A stretch of DNA of 22,607 nt, from positions 1 to 22,607 of the forward strand of contig NW_021836779.1 of NCBI RefSeq assembly GCF_006345805.1. Reading direction: 5' to 3'. Shown here piece by piece: positions 9,979-20,650 of the stretch. Each line of letters starts with the position of its first letter. Position 1 is the stretch's first letter. Under the pieces are notes generated by a model. It made no database searches. It was given only the letters and a program-made list of their open reading frames with translations, and was not told the origin of the DNA. Position numbers and translations under genes: made by a program. The stretch comes from Octopus sinensis (lineage: Eukaryota).

Positions 9979-10172
9979 CATCGCCCTTGACAAGCGATGT
10001 TTATATATTGGACCCTGTAACTTAGTATTTCGGTAAAAGTGAGAAAAAAAATACCAGGCTTAGAATATCTAAAAAAAAAAATTACTGGAATCGACTCATT
10101 CGACTAAAAATTCATCAAAATAGTGCTCCAGCATGGCCACAGCCTAATAACTGAAACATGTACGAAATAAAA
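9979..10172 (+). mobile_element. SINE family A, degenerate 3' half
   Basis: TGTAACTTAG, TCGACT..TTCGACT and GTGCTCCAGCATGGCCACAG...ACTGAAAC match the family A 3' region. Confidence 0.6.
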
Positions 10173-10429
10173 GCAAGGATATTTATGAAATTGAAATTTC
10201 CCTAACCTCATCATGGAAGATGTTGCGGAGGTTTTTGTAAACATACATCTCGGACGAAATGAAACTTTTCAATATCTTTCATTAAAATTTCATCCAAACT
10301 GTGTCGACTTCATCGCGTTATATTTATGTGCGAGAAAGTTCGGATACCGAGTTTATATATACACTAGTGCCCCGGCCCGATCTGGTGCGGATTTATTTAT
10401 AGCTAAGATAAACATAATCACACAAGTCT

Positions 10430-10430
<1 letters not shown>

Positions 10431-10488
<58 letters not shown>

Positions 10489-10543
10489 ATATATATATAT
10501 ATATGTGTGTGTGTATATATGTATTACATCTATATGAATATAT

Positions 10544-10575
<32 letters not shown>

Positions 10576-10793
10576 TTGTGTATAGTATATTCATGAAATA
10601 ATATGGGTATATTGTGTATAGATTATAATGTATATACACATACGCACACGCACACAACCACACACCACAACACACACAGATATATATATATATATATATA
10701 CACATAGATACATCACATACATGTATGCGTATATATGTGTGTGTATATATATAGATATATAATACGTATGCTTACATGTATACTGCATGCATG

Positions 10794-10838
<45 letters not shown>

Positions 10839-11520
10839 TATATATATATTATATATATATATATATATATTTATAATGTATATCTATCTATCTATCTATA
10901 TATATATATCTATTATATATATATATTATATTATATATATGTATATATATATATCTATATCTATATATATATATATCATATATATATATATTATATATAT
11001 ATATACCACCCGAATGACTAAACGCATTGAAGTTCAAAATTTAAAGGAAGCGTCTGTCTATTCTCACCCTTATTTTTTCCAAACACTGCTCACTGTAATT
11101 CCTTTACCCATGTAGTATACACATATATATAGTCATATCAGTGCTCTAACACACACACATACAACTCCCACTTTCATTTCATGCATACATATGTTCGAAC
11201 ATGCACACATATACATATATATATACATACTTAAAACATACATTGATATATATTATATATATATATATTATATATATATATTTATGTATGTATGTAAGTA
11301 TGTATTTCATATATATATATATAATATATATATATTATATATATATGTATATAATATATATTAATTATATATACAATCTAAATACACACACACACACACA
11401 CCATATATATGCTTACATACATCATCACACCTACATGCTTACATGTACATACTTATATACATACATTCACGTATACATACATACATACATAAATACATAC
11501 ATACATACATACATACATAG
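10431..11520. repeat. About 1.1 kb of TA/CA/TACA microsatellite with short unique spacers
   Basis: Direct inspection. Confidence 0.85.
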
Positions 11521-11703
11521 AAGCATGAGTAAATGCATCGCCACTATTTTGGACGACGGCTATTCCATTACGTATTATTTAAATCAGTATTACTCAACCA
11601 CTTTTTGTGTGTGGACCATTTTGGTTCCAATTTTTTTCTCTGGTGGACCCTCATAACCATTTGATATTCAAAAAGAAAATAATATCTTAGTTTTAGAATT
11701 AAA

Positions 11704-12106
11704 GGATCTTCTAGGTATGAACGTAAGTTTTTTCTAGTGGTGTCATATGAAATTGTCACCCATAATTATGACCCTAGTATAGATCTATTGCGTTTCAATT
11801 TGTTTTATGGTTAGGGTTAGGGTTAGGGGTGGGGGGAAGGGTATCTGGGATTTTTTCAGAAATGTAAATAAACCCAATCCGTTTCTTAAACGAAGGACAT
11901 ATTCATACGGCACAGAATGTTTTCACCTCAAATTGCAGAAACTGAAGAAAAAAAAACAACAAATATCTTACAAACTATAGAATTTTCTCAATAAAGCCAA
12001 GAGAAAAAGATGTTTTATAAACACATTCTACCAGTATACGAAGTTTAAAAGTGTTTAGTTACGTGGAAACTATTTTAAAAAACTGCCGTTCAAATCGAAA
12101 ACATCC
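11704..12106 (+). mobile_element. TIR MITE, complete copy with TTAGGG/G-tract cluster
   Basis: Left end GGATCTTCTAGGTATGAACGTAAGTTTTTT matches the reverse complement of the right end at 23/30; second copy at 6317-6520. Superfamily not assigned. Confidence 0.75.
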
Positions 12107-12710
12107 TAAGTTCAGTGGCGGCGTTAATTAATGCGTTAATTTAATGTGTTAAACTTATCATTATTAATGTATATTGAATTATATATACATAGATATATCC
12201 AAAATTTACACAGATACAAGTTAGAACTTGTAAATCGCTCGCGGATCTTTTTTCTGAAAATTTTTCTTCACTCCTGATTTACACAAACTGGGGCCCTTTT
12301 ATAAGAGATCATGACTTACACAAGTAAATACTTAGACATATTCAACATCGTACAATATATGGTGTAACTGGACAGCTTAATTCCTGGTACAGGTCATGCA
12401 ATGACGAGTTTCCTATTTCATTTATTCTTTCTAGTTACAAGTTATGGTAGTATTCGTGACTTCGGTAAGAGATACTGCATAAAGTTGCCAGCTGTAAAAG
12501 CGAGTTCATATGATTACCGAGTTAAATTCTCAACTACTCAGCTTTATATACCAAGATTTGGGATATTTCAATGTTCCATAGCGTAAATCCAGTCTGTTTG
12601 TATTACAACTGCAAAATCTTGACACAAACTGAAAATTCCACACCTCATAAGGCATGTGGGACTTAAGATCATTAAAGCGGCTGAAGATCATTTAAGAGAG
12701 CCTTCGAGTA

Positions 12711-12905
12711 TACTCTTACTCTTTTACTTGTTTCAGTCATTTGACTGCGGCCATGCTGGAGCACTGCCTTTAGTCGAGCAAATCGACCCCGGGACTTATT
12801 CTTTGTAAGCCCAGTCTCTTTTGCCGAACCGCTAAGTGACGGGGACGTAAACACACCAGCATCGGTTGTCAAGCAATGCTAGGTGAGACAAACACAGACA
12901 CACAG

Positions 12906-12942
<37 letters not shown>

Positions 12943-13118
12943 CACATATATAATACGACAGGCTTCTTTCAGTTTCCGTCTACCAAATCTACTCACAAGG
13001 CATTGGTTGGCCCGGGGCTATAGCAGAAGACACTTGCCCATGGTGCCACGCAGTGGGACTGAACCTGGAACCATGTGGTTGGTAAGCAGGCTACTTACCA
13101 CACAGCCACTCCTGCGCC
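12711..13118 (-). mobile_element. tRNA-derived SINE, family A (short internal deletion)
   Basis: Reverse-complement match to 1046-1464; lacks the ACTTATTCTATCGGT segment present at about 3210-3225. Confidence 0.9.
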
Positions 13119-13635
13119 GAATGATATCACTTAAACAGTATCTTCTAAGTATTTGCAGTAAAAATAAATATTTCATAAAAGAACTGACAAGCAAAATGAA
13201 CAAGATCCTTCGTGTTATGTGTAGTTTATGCCTGGTGGGATAGACAACTCTATACGAAGCATAGTTATTCTTTTACGTGTTATTTATTTTTCCATGTTAC
13301 ATGAACTGCCTTACTTTCAGCGCAGCGACACCTATATATCGTTAGACACAGCGTAGTAATACTGTTTACTTTTAAAACACAGTTCGTACTGTTCACTAAC
13401 AAATAGTGCCAAAGTGGGGATGTATTCTACACACGTATACACATAGATATGAATGTGTAACACTACGGATCGGTAACGAAGCCCAACTCCTAATGCTCTT
13501 ACCTATAAAGCCAGAAATGCTGGGTTTGCATATCTCAGCACGTTACGCCCGGAAGAGAAACAATCTGCAAACCACGAAAACGGTTACGCATGGGGTGGGT
13601 ATATTTTCTGCAAATTACAAATGGAAGACAATATT

Positions 13636-13730
13636 GGTTTCAAATTTTAGTGCAAGGCCAGCAAGTTGGAGCGGGCAGTAAGTCGATTACATCAACCCCA
13701 AGCTGGTACGTATTTTATAGACCCCGAAAG
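13636..13730 (-). mobile_element. SINE family B variant, 3' fragment
   Basis: Reverse complement contains TTTCGGGGTCTATAAAATACGTACCAG...GATGTAATCGACTTAC...TTTGAAACC, like 9263-9380. Confidence 0.6.
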
Positions 13731-13732
13731 AC

Positions 13733-13880
13733 TCGACAACCGGTGTTGGTTTGTTTGCGATATGATAAATCCCAGTCCTTACAAAAAAACAAGTACTGGG
13801 GTCGATTCATTCGTTCAAACTTCCAAGGTGGTGCTCCGGCATTACCTCAGTCTAATAACTGTAGCAAATGAAATGAAGAG
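13733..13880 (+). mobile_element. SINE family A, degenerate 3' fragment
   Basis: GACAACCGGTGTTGG, GTACTGGGGTCGATTCATTCG and GGTGGTGCTCCGGCAT match the family A 3' half. Confidence 0.55.
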
Positions 13881-14368
13881 AGATGAAAGAGAAAATATCT
13901 CTAAAACCAGAGATAAGGAGTGACTATTTATAGGAACAGATTCGAAACCTGTAGCTTCACTACCCAGATTATAAATTGTCATTCATACCAATAAACAGAT
14001 GTTTACTTGATTATGTTAATGTCCAAAGAGGCAATCTGGAAAGGCTAGGGCTTTCCAATTATAGAAGGAGAACAGCAATTATGTACTTTACAGAAACAAT
14101 GGCTAAGTGGAATAGTAAAAGTATGCAGCTTTATCTTAAAGTTCACCATGTAACAATTCTAGCTGTTGTTATCCAAATTCCAGCGATGGAGCATCTGTTT
14201 CTGTGATAGAAGCCAGTTCCATCGTTTTCTGGAGAATTCTAAAATATAAACGTATACTAAAAGTATACATATAAATATATATGGTGCATATCAGCAAACA
14301 CACACATATACACACGCACGCACACACAGGCGCTTAACTTCTTCGATATTATCAAAATTCCATTGAGA

Positions 14369-14532
14369 GGCGCAGGAGTGGTTGTGTAGTAAGTAGCTTG
14401 CTTACCAACCACATGGTTCTGGGTTCAGTCCCTCTGCGTGGCACCTGGGGCAAGTGTCTTCTATTATAGCCTCGGGCCGACCAAAACTTGTGAGTGGATT
14501 TGGTAGACGGAAACTGAAAGAAACCCGTCGTA

Positions 14533-14588
<56 letters not shown>

Positions 14589-14787
14589 AGATGTGTGTGG
14601 TGTGTGTGTGTTGTGTGTGTGTTTGTATGTCTTTGCGCCCCTAACATCGGCAAAAGACCGATAGAATAAGTACTAGGCTTCCAAAGAATAAGTCCTGGGG
14701 TCGATTTGCTCGACTAAAGGCGGTGCTCCAGCATTGCCGCAGTCACATGACTGAAACAAGTAAAAAAGTAAAGAGTAAAAAGAGAGT
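14369..14787 (+). mobile_element. tRNA-derived SINE, family A
   Basis: Colinear with 1046-1464, with an expanded internal TA/TG tract and a deletion in the 3' half. Confidence 0.9.
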
Positions 14788-14953
14788 ATCACTTATATAT
14801 ATATATATATATATATATATGATATAATTAATATAATATATAATAGTATATATAATTAACAAGATAAAATCTTAAAAGAAATTATCAGTAGTCAGCGTGA
14901 AAAACCTCGTAAGAGAAAAAATCCTAAATTCTTCCTCTTTGAAAATATTCATT

Positions 14954-15024
<71 letters not shown>

Positions 15025-15160
15025 ATTTTTTGTAATTTACTTAATCTTTACTTTTATTGTTATTTTAATTTTAACTTTCTATTTTATTAACTTTCTAGAT
15101 GTGGTAATTTAATTATTCGTTTTGATTGATAAAAGGTTGGTTTTTTTTCTTTATAGTTAT

Positions 15161-15193
<33 letters not shown>

Positions 15194-15606
15194 AATCTAG
15201 ACTGTGCATCTGCTTTCAGTAGAAGACTAGAATGACAAACGAGGCCACCAGACACTTTAACCTCAACAATTTTATCAGCAAACATCATAATCGTTGCTAT
15301 TAGACAGACACTAAGAACATCCAGACCCAGATTCCAGTGCAGCAGCGGCAGATGACGCCCCAACCTCTATGATTTCTTTGTTATTTTTCCTGATCTAGTT
15401 TTTTCTGTTTTTTTCTTTTTGGTTTCCGTGTGTTATTTATTTCAACGTGTTTTGCTGTAGTGTTTATAAATACTTACTAACAATATAGGTTGTAAGTTCA
15501 TCCGATAGCTTGTTTGTTTGCCTTCACATCTTGGTTCTGGATGCTGTCATTGCATCTTGCTTTAGTTAGTCCTGATAGTGCTATTTCAAGTAGCAGTAGT
15601 GGCAGT

Positions 15607-15610
15607 ATTA

Positions 15611-15681
<71 letters not shown>

Positions 15682-15937
15682 CATCATCATCAATCTCTCA
15701 TCATCATCATATTATTATTATTAACTATTATTATTATTATTATTATTAATTATTTATTTTATTTATCATTATTATTATTATTATTATTATCATCATCATT
15801 ATCATCATCATCATCATCAATCATCATCATTATAGATTACTATCATTATTATATTTATTATTATTATTATTATTATTATATTATTATTATTTTATTATTA
15901 TTATCATATCATTATTATTATTATTATATTATTATTA
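15607..15937. repeat. (ATT)n/(ATC)n microsatellite (tail or target of the adjacent LINE)
   Basis: Direct inspection. Confidence 0.9.
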
Positions 15938-16779
15938 CTTTTTTTTTCTTCTTTCAAATTTGCTTCCATTTCTTGCCGAGTGTCCTCCCGACTCCTAGTG
16001 CAAAGAAACTCATAGTATACATTGGTAGGCCATTAACCAAACTCAATAGTTCGTTCATTTTTTTTATTTTTAAGTAAGTAATTAAAATACATGAGCAGCA
16101 ACGTTTCTCACATCGACAATGCTCTTCTCAATACGTGTGATGTACCAGTTAAGACATCTTTGCACCTCTGCCGGTATGGTAAGCCAGGGATCATTCTCAT
16201 ATAATTTTCGGTTCCTTCTTGATCATTCCTAGTGCTCCTCGATCACTGGTATTGAGATGCCACATTTTCTCAATTTCAATGAGTAGGTCTTTATATTTTC
16301 TGAGCTTGTCAAACTCTTTCGCTGAGATATTATGATCACAGGGGATGCTCATGTCGATCAATAAGCAAACTTTATTGTTTTGGTCTTTCACAACAAATCT
16401 GGTTTTTGGCCTTGATGGTTCGGTCTGTATGTATTGGAAAGGTCCCACAGAATGGTACATTTTCTCCTCAGTTAAGTCTCAGGGTGGTGATTATACCACC
16501 TTGTCGGCAGTTTTGATATTGTAATGCCGTCTTATTAGCCAGTGTAGATATTGACCAGCTCTGTCATGTCTTAATTTATACTCCACTGGTGCTAAGACTT
16601 TACATCCAGAGATTAGGTGGTCCACTGTTTCAATCATGTCGTTGCAGAATCGGCATTTTGGGTCTGCTCCATTTTTCATCACATTGGCCTGGTAGTTCCG
16701 GGTTAATAGGCTTTGATCTTGAGCAGCCAGGATGAAACCTTCGCTCTCTGCTTTTAGCCCTGAGCTCCGTAGCCACTGA
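15938..16779 (-). mobile_element. 5'-truncated non-LTR retrotransposon with restriction-like endonuclease (R4/Dong-type)
   Basis: Coding remnant 16778-16108 plus 3' UTR ending in an A-run and (TAA)n; (ATT)n tracts on both sides. Confidence 0.85.
16108..16778 (-). pseudogene. Frameshifted C-terminal CCHC zinc knuckle + PD-(D/E)xK endonuclease domain
   Basis: QWLRSSGLKAESEGFILAAQDQSLLTRNY...CRFCNDMIETVDHLISGC...RHD..., then after frameshifts LLIDMSIPCD...EFDKLRKYKDL...GALG...HVLRRALSM* (stop at 16108-16110). This is the motif order of RLE-type LINEs. Confidence 0.85.
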
Positions 16780-16832
16780 TTATTATTATTATTATCATTA
16801 TTATTATTATCATTATCATTATCATCATCAGT

Positions 16833-17118
16833 GGAGGCGCAATGGCCCAGTGTTTAGGGCAGCGGACTCGCGATCGTAGGATCGCGGTTTCGATTCTCAG
16901 AGTGTTTATTGAGCAAAAACACCTAAAGCTTCACGAAGCTCCGGTAGGGGGTGGTGGTGAACCCTGCTGTACTCTTTCACCACAACTTTCTCTCACTCTT
17001 TCTTCCTGTTTCTGTTGTACCTGTATTTCAAAGGGCCAGCCTTGTCACACTCTGTGTCACGCTGAATATCCTCGAGAACTACGTTAAGGGTACTCGTGTC
17101 TGTGGAGTGCTCAGCCAA
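16833..17118 (+). mobile_element. tRNA-derived SINE, family D (3'-truncated)
   Basis: Head GGAGGCGCAATGGCCCAGTGTTTAGGGCAGCGG...GGTTTCGATTCTC with A/B-box-like motifs, then a distinct body. The 3' limit is approximate. Confidence 0.7.
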
Positions 17119-17164
17119 TTGAAGTTTAAAAAAATGGCTGCGACGTCACTGGTGCCAAGCTGTC

Positions 17165-17296
17165 TTCTTTCACATTGATCCTGTTGTCACCGAGGCATGC
17201 TATGTCGATAATCATACACGTTCTTTCTTTTTTATTCACCACAACAATGTCCGGTTTCGTATGTATCTGGTCAGGTGATTGCATTGGATCATTACA
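17165..17296 (-). pseudogene. Second RLE-endonuclease fragment (different R4/Dong-type family)
   Basis: Minus frame TKPDIVVVNKKERTCMIIDIACLGDNRINVKE carries the PD...D motif; VMIQCNHL lies upstream across one frameshift. Confidence 0.75.
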
Positions 17297-17377
17297 CCCC
17301 AAAGAATTCCTTTCAACACATGGCTACGATGTATGTACGTATGTATGTATGTATGTATATATGTATGTGTGTATCTA

Positions 17378-17612
17378 GGCGGTGAGCTGGCAGAATCGTT
17401 AGCACGCCGGGCGAAATGCGAGGCCGTATTTCGTCTGCCGTTACGTTCTGGGTTCAAATTCCGCCGAGGTCGACTTTGCCTTTCATCCATTCGGGGTCGA
17501 TTAAATAAGTACCAGTTATGCACTGGGGTCGATATAATCGACTTAATCCGTTTGTCTGTCCTTGTTTATCCCCTCTGTGTGTAGCCCCTTGTGGGTAGTA
17601 AAGAAATAGGTA
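17378..17612 (+). mobile_element. SINE family B (cleanest full-length copy)
   Basis: GGCGGTGAGCTGGCAGAATCGTTAGC...GGTTCAAATTCC...AAAGAAATAGGTA, embedded in (TATG)n. Confidence 0.9.
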
Positions 17613-17637
17613 TGTATGTATGTATCTATGTATGTAT

Positions 17638-17802
17638 ACGACGGGCGTCTTTCAATTTCCGTCTACAAAATTCACTCACAAGGCTTTGGCCGTCCACCAA
17701 GCTATTGTTGGAGCGACCTGCTCAAGGTGCCATGCAGTGTGACTGAACCTGAGACCATGTGGCCGAGAAGCAAGCTTCATTCTACTCAGCCACGCCTGTG
17801 CC
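17638..17802 (-). mobile_element. SINE family A, degenerate 5' half
   Basis: ACGACGGGCGTCTTTCAATTTCCGTCTAC...CAAGGTGCCATGCAGTG...CAGCCACGCCTGTGCC. Confidence 0.75.
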
Positions 17803-18034
17803 TAACAAAGAGTAAATTATCATAAGCGATCTTCTAAATCTTATTGTTTAAAGTCACATACAACGGAAATTGTTTGGGGGGGAATATGTGGCGCTCAACA
17901 AATGTTTCTGTTGTACTTGAATTCTTCATTGGTGATTAGTGAGGGAAGTGAAGCGTTTCTGTGCATTGGGAAGAGTGACACACAGACTTGGTTCATCTAG
18001 AACATTGCTACCAGGCCTAACTGAACTACGTAGG

Positions 18035-18515
<481 letters not shown>

Positions 18516-19232
18516 ACTCGCAAACAGGAACTCACATGAAGAACAGACACAAATACACATAAGTACACTCAGAGAATACGTACGAAGTAGATATCATGTA
18601 GCCTGATACGAAAAGTCGCCGTGTTATTTAATTTTTTATTTGTTCACTTCCGACGAACGATCGTTGGCATCGTTGACGTATATTTCTATAACACTAAGAC
18701 ATTGATGGATTAGAAGGCAACTGGCTGTCTTTGTCGTTTTTCTTTTTTTCCCAACGAAACCTATCAAATTACACACATCAGCTATTACATTTGATTGTTG
18801 TTTTCCCATTCCCGAACGATGTTATCTTTTCATATTCATCAAATATGGTGGCCAGGCTAATCTTCATGCTAATCGCGTTCAGTTTCGTTTTTATAGATTT
18901 TGTGTAACATTGTATCTTTTTCTTTCTTCTTTAGTACAATACTTTTAAATCTGTATACGTGTTAACATATATTATTGTTTTAATAATGTTGTTGTTTTTT
19001 TTTATCAAGTGCTGATGAAAAGGGGAAAAATGAGTTTTTAAACGAGAAAAATCTCTTAAGTTATACTAAGTCTCGTACCAGTAATTTCAGTCGTGTAACG
19101 TACTCCGGTATGATACGTACCTATATATGGTATAGCACATTTCATTAAAATTTTGAAGTGGAGATCAAATACAAAATTACTATTCTTGAAGACTACATGT
19201 GGAATTTGATATGAGAAGCACTTTGTATATAA

Positions 19233-19280
<48 letters not shown>

Positions 19281-19450
19281 ATATAAATATTAGGGAATAA
19301 ATCCAAAATTACAGGGAAAAAATCGATTTAGGATTAAATCCAATTTTATAGTAAAATATTATATAATATTAATTCGAGACAAAACCACTATTTTGCAATC
19401 AAACACGGAAAGACTTAATCAATACATAAAAAATTTTTAATAAAGTAAAT

Positions 19451-19502
19451 AAATCGCCACTACAATTGTTTCATGTCTTCAATGACATCGTCAGGTGGAT
19501 TT
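19451..19502 (-). ncRNA. Minimal type I hammerhead ribozyme motif (left arm)
   Basis: Minus strand reads AAATCCAC-CTGACGA-TGTC attgaa GACA-T-GAAA-CAATTGT-A-GTGG(CG)ATTT. Confidence 0.7.
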
Positions 19503-19561
19503 CCGATCTTCTATTCAGTTTTAATTTATGACGTCATAATTAAAACTGAATAGAAGATCGG

Positions 19562-19614
19562 AAATCCACCTGACGATGTCATTTGAAGACATGAAACAAT
19601 TGTAGTGGCGATTT
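19562..19614 (+). ncRNA. Minimal type I hammerhead ribozyme motif (right arm)
   Basis: Stem I AAATCCAC (19562-69) pairs with GTGG-cg-ATTT (19605-14); core CTGACGA 19570-76; stem II TGTC/GACA; GAAA 19593-96; palindrome ACAATTGT 19596-603; GUA triplet, predicted cut after 19604. Confidence 0.7.
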
Positions 19615-19692
19615 ATTTACTTTATATTAAATTTTTTATTATTGATTAAGTCTTTCCTTGTTTGATTTGCAAAATAGTGGTTTTGTCTCGAA

Positions 19693-19745
<53 letters not shown>

Positions 19746-19807
19746 TATCTTTGAGAATAAATCCAGAAGAACTAAATCAAATTTCACACAATATAATATA
19801 TATATAT

Positions 19808-19862
<55 letters not shown>

Positions 19863-19900
19863 TATATCTGGTGTGTGTGTGTTGTGTGTGTGTGTTTGTG

Positions 19901-20107
19901 TGTCTGTGTTTGTCCCCCAAGCATCGCTTGAACATCTGATGCTGGTGTGTTTACGTCCCCGAAAACTAGCGGTTTGACAAAAGAGACCGATAGAATAAGT
20001 CCTAGGCTTACAAAAAATAAGTCCTGAGGGCGATTTGCTCGATTAAAGGCAACGCTCCAGCTTGGCCACAGTCAAATGACTGAGAGAAGTAGAAGAGTAA
20101 AAGAGTA
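19901..20107 (+). mobile_element. SINE family A, 3' half
   Basis: Matches about 1235-1464. Confidence 0.8.
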
Positions 20108-20140
20108 TTTTAGAGTTAAAAATATTCTTTGATTATTTCC

Positions 20141-20333
20141 CTCTTTTACTTGATTCAGTCATTTGACTGTGGCCATGCTGGATCACCATATTGAAAAACT
20201 TTTAAACGAAGGAATCGTTCCCAGTACTTATGATTTTTTTAAAGCCTGGTACTCATTCTAACGGATACTGTTGCCGAACTGCTAAGCTACGGGAACATAA
20301 ATGCACCACCACCGGTTGACAGCACAGACACAG
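20141..20333 (-). mobile_element. SINE family A, degenerate 3' half (tail-to-tail with previous)
   Basis: CTCTTTTACTTGATTCAGTCATTTGACTGTGGCCATGCTGGA...TGCCGAACTGCTAAG. Confidence 0.7.
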
Positions 20334-20431
20334 AAACACACACACATATACACACAAACACACATACACACATACACACACACACACATACACACACACA
20401 CACATACATGGTAACGCTTCCAATCAGCGAT

Positions 20432-20587
20432 CTGGCAGAAGCGCTAGCACGTCTGGCATAATGTTTAGCGGCAATACTTTCCGTTACTCGTTCTGAGTTC
20501 AAATTCTGCCTAGGTCGCTTTGCCTTTCATGCTTTCGGGGTCGATGAAATAAGCACCAGTGAAACACTACGATCTATGTAATCAATT
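20432..20587 (+). mobile_element. SINE family B, degenerate
   Basis: CTGGCAGAAGCGCTAGCACG...GAGTTCAAATTCTGCC...TTTCGGGGTCGATGAAATAAGCACCAG. Confidence 0.7.
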
Positions 20588-20650
20588 AGTACACTTCACC
20601 AAATTTATTAGTATTATCATTAATACTATTATTATTATAATTATTATTAT

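Larger units (their letters stand above)
19291..19705. mobile_element. Fold-back (palindromic) non-coding element, probable Penelope-like terminal-repeat remnant
   Basis: Arms 19360-19532 and 19533-19705 are inverted with about 7-8 differences and no spacer (centre TTATGACGTCATAA). Each arm carries a hammerhead. The left arm extends to about 19291; both ends abut (TA)n. Confidence 0.7.

Noticed and set aside
10213-10431. 72-aa ORF MEDVAEVF... and a possible Helitron-like CTAG/hairpin at 10364-10390
   Set aside because: No recognisable domain, and the hairpin pairing is too weak to call.
12682-12710. CTGAAGA as a hammerhead core (also CTGATGA near 19012 and TCTTCAG near 22554)
   Set aside because: No stem II followed by GAAA and no matching stem I.
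12672-13243. ORFs MTTDAGVFTSPS... and [13 protein letters not shown]... recurring in the window
   Set aside because: They recur because they are read from SINE family A copies, not because they are a gene family.
13976-14240. Unique island with ORF and possible splice sites on both strands
   Set aside because: No frame gives a recognisable protein; splice signals are weak and conflicting.
15200-15390. Possible terminal exon (TDTKNIQTQIPVQQRQMTPQPL* or a GPI-signal-like frame)
   Set aside because: Each frame has an upstream stop and only a weak acceptor; nothing to choose between them.
19529-19536. CRE site TGACGTCA
   Set aside because: It is the self-complementary centre of the palindrome and needs no regulatory explanation.
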